A stretch of DNA of 64,000 bases from an uncultured Nitrospiraceae bacterium (GTDB lineage Bacteria; Nitrospirota; Nitrospiria; Nitrospirales; Nitrospiraceae), in contig CAWGQP010000002.1 in NCBI GenBank assembly GCA_963824855.1, positions 17,858 to 81,857 of the forward strand, in the 5' to 3' direction. Both the position numbers and the translations under genes were made by a program. The notes beneath the pieces are model-generated. The model had not been told where the DNA came from. It did no database searches and saw only the letters and a list, made by a program, of their open reading frames with translations. Within the stretch, counting starts at the first letter, position 1. Each line of letters starts with the position of its first letter. Below are positions 20,256-28,126 of this stretch, piece after piece.

Positions 20256-21457
20256 TTGGACGCTTCGGTCTTCTTCGGCTCTGGGGCTTGAGTCCCTGAT
20301 CGTTCGACCTCAACCGGGACCGGCTTCACGGTCGAATCAGGGATGATGCGCTGCAGACTATCGACGACCACCTGTTCCCCTGAGGCCAAACCTTCTTCGA
20401 CGAGCCATAGGTTTCCTTGCCAGACGGTCGCTTTGACGTCTCGGATCTCCACCTTATTGTCGGCACTTACGACATACACGATCGGGCCTTTCGGCCCTTG
20501 CAGCACGGCTCGTTGTGGAATGAGCATCACGCTGCTCCTCGAGACCCCATGAAAGCGGACCGTCACGAACTGACCGGGAATGATGATGCCGTCACGATTG
20601 GGGAACGTGACACGACCCGACCGTTCGCCGGTGTCGCTGCGCAGTCCCACATCGAGCAGATCCAGAGTGCCTTCCTCCGCATACTTGCTGCCATTGAGAA
20701 AAATGAGCGTGCCCGTCAGTTTGTAGATGCCGGGATGCTGGATCTTCTTGGAGGCAATATCCTCCCGCCGCTTGATCAAAAACGCCTCCGGCGCATTGAC
20801 GACGACATACATCGGATCAATCTGGTGGATGATCGTCAGCAAATCCGTCTGCGCGGAGACCAAGCGGCCTTCATACACGCGTGTTCGCTCGACCAATCCT
20901 GTAATCGGCGCCACGATGACCGTATTGTTGAGATCAAACTTGGCTTTGATCAAATCTCCCTTGGCTGTGTCCAGGGCGGCCTTCGCTGACAGCTCTTCCG
21001 CCACCGCATCGTCGTAGTCCTTTTGACTGACGGCATGCTCTGCCAAGAGCGGCTTCACGCGCGCCAGGTTTTGCCTGGCTTGCACCAGGCGCGCCTCGGA
21101 CTGGGACACGCGGCCCGTGCCGCTGGTCACCGCTGCGCGGAATGGCACTTCATCGATTCGATAGAGCCGATCGCCCTTCTTGATCTCTCTCCCCTCCTGG
21201 AAGTACCGCTCTTGGATGATGCCCGTCACCTGCGATCGAATTTCGACAATGCGCGACGCTTCGGCTTGACCGATGAACTCCGGCTCGTCGGGGACTGAGG
21301 TGGGTGTAACCGTCATCACCCCGATTTCCGGCACCGGCGGGGCGGGTGAGGACTGGACTTCTCCTTTACAGCCCAAGAGATAGAGGGAGGCCCAGAACGC
21401 CAACGTCCACAGGGCCAAAGATTGAAGGGTGTGCACGCGTGTTTGATTGCGGTTCAC
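20252..21457 (-). CDS. RND efflux membrane fusion protein (AcrA family)
   Basis: Lipobox LLGC, VEIRSQVTGII, IVAPITG, IPQRAV; start (GTG at 21457) approximate. Confidence 0.9.
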   Translation of the reverse strand: MNRNQTRVHTLQSLALWTLAFWASLYLLGCKGEVQSSPAPPVPEIGVMTVTPTSVPDEPEFIGQAEASRIVEIRSQVTGIIQERYFQEGREIKKGDRLYRIDEVPFRAAVTSGTGRVSQSEARLVQARQNLARVKPLLAEHAVSQKDYDDAVAEELSAKAALDTAKGDLIKAKFDLNNTVIVAPITGLVERTRVYEGRLVSAQTDLLTIIHQIDPMYVVVNAPEAFLIKRREDIASKKIQHPGIYKLTGTLIFLNGSKYAEEGTLDLLDVGLRSDTGERSGRVTFPNRDGIIIPGQFVTVRFHGVSRSSVMLIPQRAVLQGPKGPIVYVVSADNKVEIRDVKATVWQGNLWLVEEGLASGEQVVVDSLQRIIPDSTVKPVPVEVERSGTQAPEPKKTEASK

Positions 21458-21653
21458 CTTGTGGCCCCGCAAGAGCGCAGACCGCCTGAAATCATTGACC
21501 TGAACTGAAGGAGTTCCGCGAAGGGCCGTGATATGGCCGGTAATGACGGGAAAGACCGATGGGGAAGGGTGACTGACCCTGTGGCGTCTGCCATACACGA
21601 GCCGCCTCCAGTCACGGGATGATCAGTATTGCATAACAAACGAGGCAACTGCC

Positions 21654-21671
21654 CCTGTCAATTCTGACAGG
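21654..21671. promoter_or_regulatory. Candidate operator CCTGTCA-ATTC-TGACAGG
   Basis: 7-bp perfect inverted repeat upstream of the RND/Mla operon. Confidence 0.4.
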
Positions 21672-22118
21672 TCGCTACAACGGAACCGCGAGAAGTTTTG
21701 CTGCCTCACTGGCGACGACCTGTCGGCGCGCCGCCGAGCGGTCGGCAGATGATGTGCTGTCTGGCCCTGACAGGGCCGACGGAGTCTTATTCAAAGCCTG
21801 CGTTTCGTAATGGTTTTTCTGTTTGTCGAGCATCGGTCGATAGAGGAATGATCGTTGCCTTTCTCTGTACATAAAACATCGGATCGCACACACGAATGGA
21901 GGACGCCATGAGATGGCCACTGTTTACCTGGATTCTCGCAGGAGGGATCTTCAGTATGTTGTGGTTTGTGTATCTTTCGATTGAGCAAAACGCGAAGTAC
22001 TGGAAGCCGGTCGCCCAATACTTCAGACGACATCGGAGCCATCGTCACCGAGACCGCACTATTGCAAACGCGTGATCGTTAGGAGGACAGTGTAAAGGCT
22101 CTCTGGGATGTGGCACGT

Positions 22119-23546
22119 ATGAATCCAAGTGAATTACAAAAACTTCCATTGTTCGCCGGCCTCTCGCCGGAAGAGAGTGGCTGCCTCCAACAGGGCGAGG
22201 AGATCGCCGTGGCCGCCGGCGAGATCATCGCAAGAGAAGGCGATCCCGCCAACTATTTTTACGTGATTCTCGAAGGAGAGATCCGCGTCAGTAAGACGTA
22301 TGGGAACCAAAAGGTCGTGATGGCCGTCCATACAGCCGGGAAGTTCTTCGGTGAAGTGCCATTGCTGCTGGACATGCCCTATTTCGTCGATGGGCAAGCG
22401 CGGACTCCCTGCCGGCTGTTGCGGTATTCCAAGGACCAGTTCTGGTCCCTCATGAGCATGTGCCCGTCTGCGGCGAAAGAGATTTTGCGAACCATGGCGG
22501 CAAGGCTGCGCGGATTGGAGGGCTTTTCTCAACGACGCGAAAAACTCGTCTCGCTCGGCACGATGGCGGCCGGCCTCGCCCATGAACTGAACAATCCCGC
22601 AGCCGCGGCACGCCGTGCGGCTGATGAGTTGCTCACCGTCGCAAGCGGCCTGCCCTTCCTTGCCTGTCGTCTGAATAAACAGCAACTGTCCACCGCCGAA
22701 TCCGATATGGTCGCGCAGCTTCAGCGTGAGCTTGCTTCCCGTCCTCGTCCGACGCCCCTCGATCCGCTGACCCGGGCCGATCAAGAAGAAGAGGTGCTCG
22801 CCTGGCTTGAACGGCAGCGCATCACAGATGCATGGAAACTCGCCAGCATCCTGGTGAACGCCGGGCTCGATCGGGACTGGCTGGAAAAGATTGGCAAGCA
22901 TTTTCCTCAGGAGGCGATCGGCGATGTGCTGGGATGGATGACGGGCACCCTGTCGTTACAGGAATTGACCCGACAGGTTGAACGGAGCACCGGCCGCATT
23001 GCGGAATTGGTCACTGCGGTGAAGTCCTATTCATACGAGGGCCGCGCACCGGTGCAGGAGATCGACATCCACGAAGGCCTCGAGAGCACGCTCACCATGC
23101 TGTCCCATAAACTCAAAGGGGTCACGCTGATCCGCGACTATGATCGGTCGCTCCCGCCGATTCCCGCCTACGGGACGGAGCTCAATCAGGTGTGGACGAA
23201 TCTCATCGATAATGCGACCGATGCGGTGAACGGTCAGGGAGAGGTCCGAATCCGCACGCGACGTGAGGATGATCAACTGCTCGTGGAGATCCACGATAAC
23301 GGACCGGGCATCCCGGAGGACGTTCGCGCTCATCTCTTTGAGCCGTTTTTTACCACCAAGGGGGTTGGGAAGGGGACGGGACTCGGGTTGATCATCAGCT
23401 ATCGCATCGTGGGTGATCGCCACCACGGAGAGCTGGAGTTTGAATCGCAGCCGGGGCACACCGTGTTCATTGCCCGCTTGCCAATGACGCGCAAAGCGCT
23501 GGAGCCGTCGGCCGTGGCCAACGAGCCGCCCGAGGAGATTGTTTGA
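22119..23546 (+). CDS. Cyclic-nucleotide-binding-domain histidine kinase (cytoplasmic)
   Basis: cNMP fold (REGDPANYFYVILEGEIRV, FFGEVPLL), H-box LAHELNNP, LNQVWTNLIDNA, FEPFFTTK, GTGLGL. Confidence 0.92.
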   Translation: MNPSELQKLPLFAGLSPEESGCLQQGEEIAVAAGEIIAREGDPANYFYVILEGEIRVSKTYGNQKVVMAVHTAGKFFGEVPLLLDMPYFVDGQARTPCRLLRYSKDQFWSLMSMCPSAAKEILRTMAARLRGLEGFSQRREKLVSLGTMAAGLAHELNNPAAAARRAADELLTVASGLPFLACRLNKQQLSTAESDMVAQLQRELASRPRPTPLDPLTRADQEEEVLAWLERQRITDAWKLASILVNAGLDRDWLEKIGKHFPQEAIGDVLGWMTGTLSLQELTRQVERSTGRIAELVTAVKSYSYEGRAPVQEIDIHEGLESTLTMLSHKLKGVTLIRDYDRSLPPIPAYGTELNQVWTNLIDNATDAVNGQGEVRIRTRREDDQLLVEIHDNGPGIPEDVRAHLFEPFFTTKGVGKGTGLGLIISYRIVGDRHHGELEFESQPGHTVFIARLPMTRKALEPSAVANEPPEEIV

Positions 23547-25201
23547 AACCCTTTCTGGTCACGGTGGATGACGATCCGGAAGTCTCGCGCGCCGTCGAGC
23601 GGGATCTCCGCCGCAAATACGGAGGAGAGTACCGGATCCTCAGGGCGGAGTCTGGGTCAGAGGCGCTCTCCTCGCTGGAACAGCTCAAGCTACGCAATGA
23701 CACGGTCGCCCTGTTCCTGGCGGACCAGCGGATGCCCCAGATGACCGGCGTGGAATTTTTAGAGCGCGCCATTGGTCTCTATCCCGGCGCGAAACGAGCC
23801 TTGCTGACGGCGTATGCCGACACGGATGCGGCCATCCGCGCCATTAATGACGCGCAGGTTGACTACTATTTATTGAAGCCCTGGCACCCCCCTGAAGAGC
23901 GCTTGTACCCGGTCATCGACGACCTCTTAGACGACTGGCATGCCTCCTTTAAGATGCCGTTTCAGGGCATCCGGGTGCTGGGTCACCGCTGGTCGCCCCA
24001 GACGCACCAGATCAAAGAATTCCTCGGCAGAAACCAAGTGCCCTATCAATGGCTCGACATTGAGAAAGATGCCGAGACGCGTTCCCTGCTCCAGTCTGCG
24101 CATGCCGATGAAGGGCAGCTGCCCGTGGTCGTATTTCCAGACGGCACGTCCCTGATTCAACCGACCACGTTCCAAGTGGCGGAAAAAGTCGGCTTTCGCA
24201 TGAAGGCCGAACAGCCGTTCTATGACCTCATCGTCATTGGCGCTGGACCAGCCGGCTTGGCCGCTGCCGTCTACGGCGGATCTGAAGGGCTCAAGACCGT
24301 GTTGATCGAACGTGAAGCACCGGGTGGACAAGCCGGGATGAGCTCCAGGATTGAGAACTATCTGGGGTTTCCGGCTGGTCTCAGCGGCCAGGATCTCGCT
24401 CGACGTGCCCTGACGCAAGCGCAGCGATTCGGGGTCGAACTCTTGAATCCTCAGGAGGCCGTGAGTCTTCGTGTGGCCGGCCCCGCGCGCGTCGTGACAC
24501 TGTCGGATGGCAGTGAACTCAGCGGAAAAACGGTGCTCATTACGACGGGAGTGTCCTATCGGACGCTAAACATGCCTGGAGTCCAACCATTGACCGGCGC
24601 GGGGGTCTACTATGGCGCCGGGATGGCCGAGGCCGTCGCGTGCAAGGGCGAGGATGTCTTTGTCGTGGGCGGAGCCAATTCTGCCGGGCAGGCGGCCGTC
24701 TATTTTGCGCGGTACGCCCGGCAAGTGACGATGCTCGTTCGCGGCGACTCCCTCACGCAAACCATGTCGTATTATTTGATCGAACGTCTCAAACAAACTC
24801 CGAATATCGTCGTCGAGACCAGCGTGGAAGTGGCCGAGGCCCACGGCACGTCGCGACTGGAGTCTCTGGTGCTCCAAGACACCAAAACGAATCAGCGCCG
24901 GACAGTGATCGCACAGTCGTTGTTCATTCTCATCGGCGCGCTGCCGCATACTGACTGGCTCGGTGAAACCGTCCTTCGGGATGAGCATGGGTTTCTCGTC
25001 TCCGGTCCCGATTTACTGCGAGACGGCTGCTTACCGTCAAGCTGGCCGCTCGCTCGAGCGCCGTACTTGTTCGAAACGAGCGTCCCGGGCGTCTTTGTGG
25101 CCGGCGATGCGCGACATGGCTCGATCAAACGAGTGGCATCCGGCGTCGGTGAGGGCACGATTGCCGAAAAGATGATCGAACGCTATCTGGATGAAGTGTA
25201 G
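23543..25201 (+). CDS. Response regulator receiver + glutaredoxin-like + thioredoxin-reductase-like FAD oxidoreductase fusion
   Basis: VDDD, ADQRMPQMTG, YLLKPW; IGAGPAGL, IENYLGFP, VGGANSAGQA, GVFVAGD; overlaps the kinase stop codon. Confidence 0.92.
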   Translation: MKPFLVTVDDDPEVSRAVERDLRRKYGGEYRILRAESGSEALSSLEQLKLRNDTVALFLADQRMPQMTGVEFLERAIGLYPGAKRALLTAYADTDAAIRAINDAQVDYYLLKPWHPPEERLYPVIDDLLDDWHASFKMPFQGIRVLGHRWSPQTHQIKEFLGRNQVPYQWLDIEKDAETRSLLQSAHADEGQLPVVVFPDGTSLIQPTTFQVAEKVGFRMKAEQPFYDLIVIGAGPAGLAAAVYGGSEGLKTVLIEREAPGGQAGMSSRIENYLGFPAGLSGQDLARRALTQAQRFGVELLNPQEAVSLRVAGPARVVTLSDGSELSGKTVLITTGVSYRTLNMPGVQPLTGAGVYYGAGMAEAVACKGEDVFVVGGANSAGQAAVYFARYARQVTMLVRGDSLTQTMSYYLIERLKQTPNIVVETSVEVAEAHGTSRLESLVLQDTKTNQRRTVIAQSLFILIGALPHTDWLGETVLRDEHGFLVSGPDLLRDGCLPSSWPLARAPYLFETSVPGVFVAGDARHGSIKRVASGVGEGTIAEKMIERYLDEV

Positions 25202-25212
25202 AAAGAACGACG

Positions 25213-25755
25213 ATGGCCGAGCGACGTGGTCGTGAGCCCGAACTCGTAATTTCCGATCACGATCACGGGCAGGGAGCCCCTGCAGCTCCAGTCACGTTGG
25301 TGGAGTACGGCGATTTTGAATGCCCCTACTCACGCGAGGCGGTCAAGACGATTCAGGTCTTGCAGCGTGAGTTCGGCGGTGATCTTCGATTTGTGTTCCG
25401 GCATTTTCCTCTCGCGGAGAAACATCCGCATGCCATACAGGCGTCGGAAGCGGCCGAAGCAGCCGCCGCACAGGGAGATTTTTGGGCGATGTATGACATG
25501 TTATTTGCCCATCAATGGGAACTTGAATACAGCAAACTGATGGATTATGCGGGGCGGCTTGAGCTGGATAAGGCGACTTTCGGCGAGGCGCTCAAGACGC
25601 ACAAGTATTTCGATCGCGTCAGGGCCGATGTGGCAACAGGCCGTCAACATGGCGTGACCGGGACGCCGACGTTTTTTGTCAACGGCCATCGGCAGGATGG
25701 CGATGATGACGTACGTGCATTAACGAGCGCGATCCGGAAGGCACTCAGTTTGTAG
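25213..25755 (+). CDS. DsbA/thioredoxin-fold protein
   Basis: VTLVEYGDFECPYS, FRHFPL, GVTGTPTFFVNG. Confidence 0.88.
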   Translation: MAERRGREPELVISDHDHGQGAPAAPVTLVEYGDFECPYSREAVKTIQVLQREFGGDLRFVFRHFPLAEKHPHAIQASEAAEAAAAQGDFWAMYDMLFAHQWELEYSKLMDYAGRLELDKATFGEALKTHKYFDRVRADVATGRQHGVTGTPTFFVNGHRQDGDDDVRALTSAIRKALSL

Positions 25756-25775
25756 CCGCAAAGACGGATAACGCT

Positions 25776-26750
25776 ATGGAACAGGCGCTGGAGTTTCTTC
25801 TCCGTCACATCGAGCTGGTGTTATTCCTGACCGTCCTCGCAGAGCAGATCGGCCTTCCCATTCCGGCGGTTCCGTTGCTGCTGGCCGCGGGAGCCGTCGC
25901 GGGCGATGGACAAGCAAGTCTGATCGTGCTCACCGCACTCTCCGTCGCCGCATGCACGTTGGGTGACATGGTGTGGTTTGAGCTAGGGCGTCATCGGGGG
26001 CGACAAACGCTCACCCTGTTGTGCCGGATTGCTCTGGAGCCCGACGCCTGTGTCAGACGCACGGAGAACTTCTTCCTGATCCATGGGGTCCGAGCGCTGA
26101 TCCTCGCCAAGTTCATCCCCGGGTTGAGCACACTCGCGCCGGCATTGGCCGGTCTCTTCAAAATTTCGATCGGACGATTCTTGCTGTTCAATGGCGCCGG
26201 CGCGCTCATTTGGAGCTTTTCCTTCATTTTGCTCGGCTATGTCTTCAGCGATCAGATCGGTTATGTGGCCGAACTGGCGGTGCATTTCGGAAAGACGGCG
26301 ACGGCGGTCATCGCCATGGGCCTGGTTGGGTATGTGCTCTATAAATATCTGCACAGGCAAAAACTGTTGAGGGAGCTTCGAGTGGCTCGGATCAGTCCGA
26401 CCGAGCTCAAGCAACTGATGGACGATGGCCATCAATCGGTGGTGGTCGATTTGCGCGGCACGTTGGACCATGTCGCCGACCCCTATACGATCCCGGGCGC
26501 CCTGCGTATCTCCGCCGAAGAGCTCGAGCAGCGCCATCACGATATTCCCCGAGACCGTGACGTCATTTTGTTCTGTGCCTGCCCAAACGAAGCCACCGCG
26601 GCGCGGATGGCGTTGATGCTGAAACGGAGAGGGATTACCCGTGTCCGACCGCTCGCCGGCGGCATCGACGCGTGGCGCGAACTGGCCTATCCGCTAGAAC
26701 TGGTGGTCTCTAAAGAAGCTGCCGTCGTGGCTGCCGAGCTACAGACGTGA
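25776..26750 (+). CDS. DedA (VTT) membrane domain fused to rhodanese domain
   Basis: EQIGLPIP, AKFIPG DedA motifs; VVDLR...IPGA, FCACPNEATAA, LAGGIDAW. Confidence 0.9.
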   Translation: MEQALEFLLRHIELVLFLTVLAEQIGLPIPAVPLLLAAGAVAGDGQASLIVLTALSVAACTLGDMVWFELGRHRGRQTLTLLCRIALEPDACVRRTENFFLIHGVRALILAKFIPGLSTLAPALAGLFKISIGRFLLFNGAGALIWSFSFILLGYVFSDQIGYVAELAVHFGKTATAVIAMGLVGYVLYKYLHRQKLLRELRVARISPTELKQLMDDGHQSVVVDLRGTLDHVADPYTIPGALRISAEELEQRHHDIPRDRDVILFCACPNEATAARMALMLKRRGITRVRPLAGGIDAWRELAYPLELVVSKEAAVVAAELQT

Positions 26751-26754
26751 TAGC

Positions 26755-27048
26755 TCAGGCGGCGTGCGAAGCGGCTCTTTCTAAAAGCTCGTGAATGAGC
26801 GTCTGGTAGGGTTTGCCCTGCTTGGCCGCCATCTTCCGTAGCTGATCCAACAACCGCGGCGAAAGCCGAATCGCTATCAATTGTTTGGCCATCCCGCTTG
26901 CCGGCCTACCGACCCGACGCGCGCGCCGAAGTTCCTCGTCAGTTGATTCCGGAGTGTCCGAGAAATCAATCTGTGAGTCGGGTATATGCCTGACGTTCCT
27001 TCCGACTCGCTTGCCGAGCGCTGATGATCCGGATCGTTTCCTTTTCAT
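26755..27048 (-). CDS. brnA: BrnA/CopG-like RHH antitoxin
   Basis: IDFSDTPE...VGRP...KQLIAIRL...YQTLI. Confidence 0.8.
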   Translation of the reverse strand: MKRKRSGSSALGKRVGRNVRHIPDSQIDFSDTPESTDEELRRARRVGRPASGMAKQLIAIRLSPRLLDQLRKMAAKQGKPYQTLIHELLERAASHAA

Positions 27049-27253
27049 GCTCCCTCCGTATCGTATATACCACCAGCAATAACCGTCTGTTCACCGACAA
27101 GCCCAGTCGTTTGAACCGCGGCTCCTGATGCGAATGCTCAACATCCTCCCAGTCCAAACCGTTCGAATCACCCAAGACCGTTGCAGCCTCCTCGAATGGC
27201 ACCCCATGTTTCTCAAAGTTGGCGATCGCCTTGGCGATATCCCAGTGGAACAC
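26966..27253 (-). CDS. brnT: BrnT family toxin
   Basis: FHWD..K...N..KHGVPFEEA, IRIISARQAS.KER. Confidence 0.9.
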   Translation of the reverse strand: MFHWDIAKAIANFEKHGVPFEEAATVLGDSNGLDWEDVEHSHQEPRFKRLGLSVNRRLLLVVYTIRREHEKETIRIISARQASRKERQAYTRLTD

Positions 27254-27257
27254 GTTT

Positions 27258-27269
27258 GTGTATATACAC
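27258..27269. promoter_or_regulatory. Probable brnTA operator, palindrome GTGTATATACAC
   Basis: Perfect 12-bp palindrome 4 nt upstream of the toxin GTG start. Confidence 0.55.
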
Positions 27270-27354
27270 TAAGTCGCATTGCATGGCAAACGTGGTAGCT
27301 CAGGAGGAGATGTGCGCGCGACTTGTGTCTGCTGCCGAGAGAGCATCGCATATA

Positions 27355-28000
27355 AATGATCCCTCCAAGCTCGCTCGTTTCACCCACCCTGCCCCGCCGC
27401 GCCAAGACGCGGCTTATCCGCAAGCTACTGAGCGATGCGTGGCGAGCACCCTCTTCAGGATGAGGCTGATTTGAAGGTGGATGGTGGTCTCACGCGACTT
27501 GCGAGGGGTGCACGGCCCGATTGCTGCGGCGTTGTTCCCACCCGCCCAACCCCGGTCGCGCCAAGACGCGCCTTTTCCCAGGCGGCGATGGCGAGACGCA
27601 CTGTCCGAAGGTCCATTCCAATCATCCTTCCAAGCTTGCTTGTACGTCCCTCTTCAAGGGTAGGCTAGGTTGCTTCCAACTGCGCGCGACATCTCACCCG
27701 CCCAGACCCTGGCGGTCTTTTTCCACCCACCGACCCACCGATTGCTTTGCAATCGATTACCCGGGACGTGCGCTTTGCCGCAAGGAGCACCGCCTTATTA
27801 ATGCTCCCTCCAAGCTTCGCTTGTTCCTTCTCCTAAGGAGCAGCCTGGATCAGTCCAAACGTGCGCGCGTGAAGGAGCACCGCCTATCTGAAAATACGAT
27901 TGGTCTGGTGTGCCGCCTTCCGCGAGCACAAGGACTGACCAGGCTGATCCATCCCCTTTCTTGTGTGCGCGTTGGGCGAGAAAAGGAGACGAAGGATTCC
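27355..28000 (+). repeat. Compound nested hairpin locus A[B[C]] with three P modules and one Q module
   Basis: Leaders at ~27355, ~27620 and ~27800; C stem 27837-27856 pairs with 27932-27950. Confidence 0.85.
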
Positions 28001-28126
28001 GCCCGGCGAGTCTGCGAGGATCGCTCCGGGAGGTCTCGTGAGCGAGAACGCAAAAGGCACCCCGTTTTATTTTTTTGCTATGGGACAGCCCCATGGGTAA
28101 TATGAGGGCAACATCACGAGGGCGAT

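Noticed and set aside
22111-22125. Sigma54 promoter at TGGCAC
   Set aside because: No TTGC at the -12 position and it overlaps the start codon
27355-28000. CRISPR array (recurring ~24-bp leader with intervening sequence)
   Set aside because: Spacing is 180-265 bp and irregular, the intervening sequences are themselves repeated hairpins, and there are no cas genes
27521-28105. ORFs over repeat loci (also 7063..7365, 34177..34591, 36235..36927 and the N-terminal extensions of 2334..4223 and 39274..40296)
   Set aside because: They translate the hairpin repeats (recurring PSKLAR, AMARRTVRRS peptides); no RBS or domain evidence
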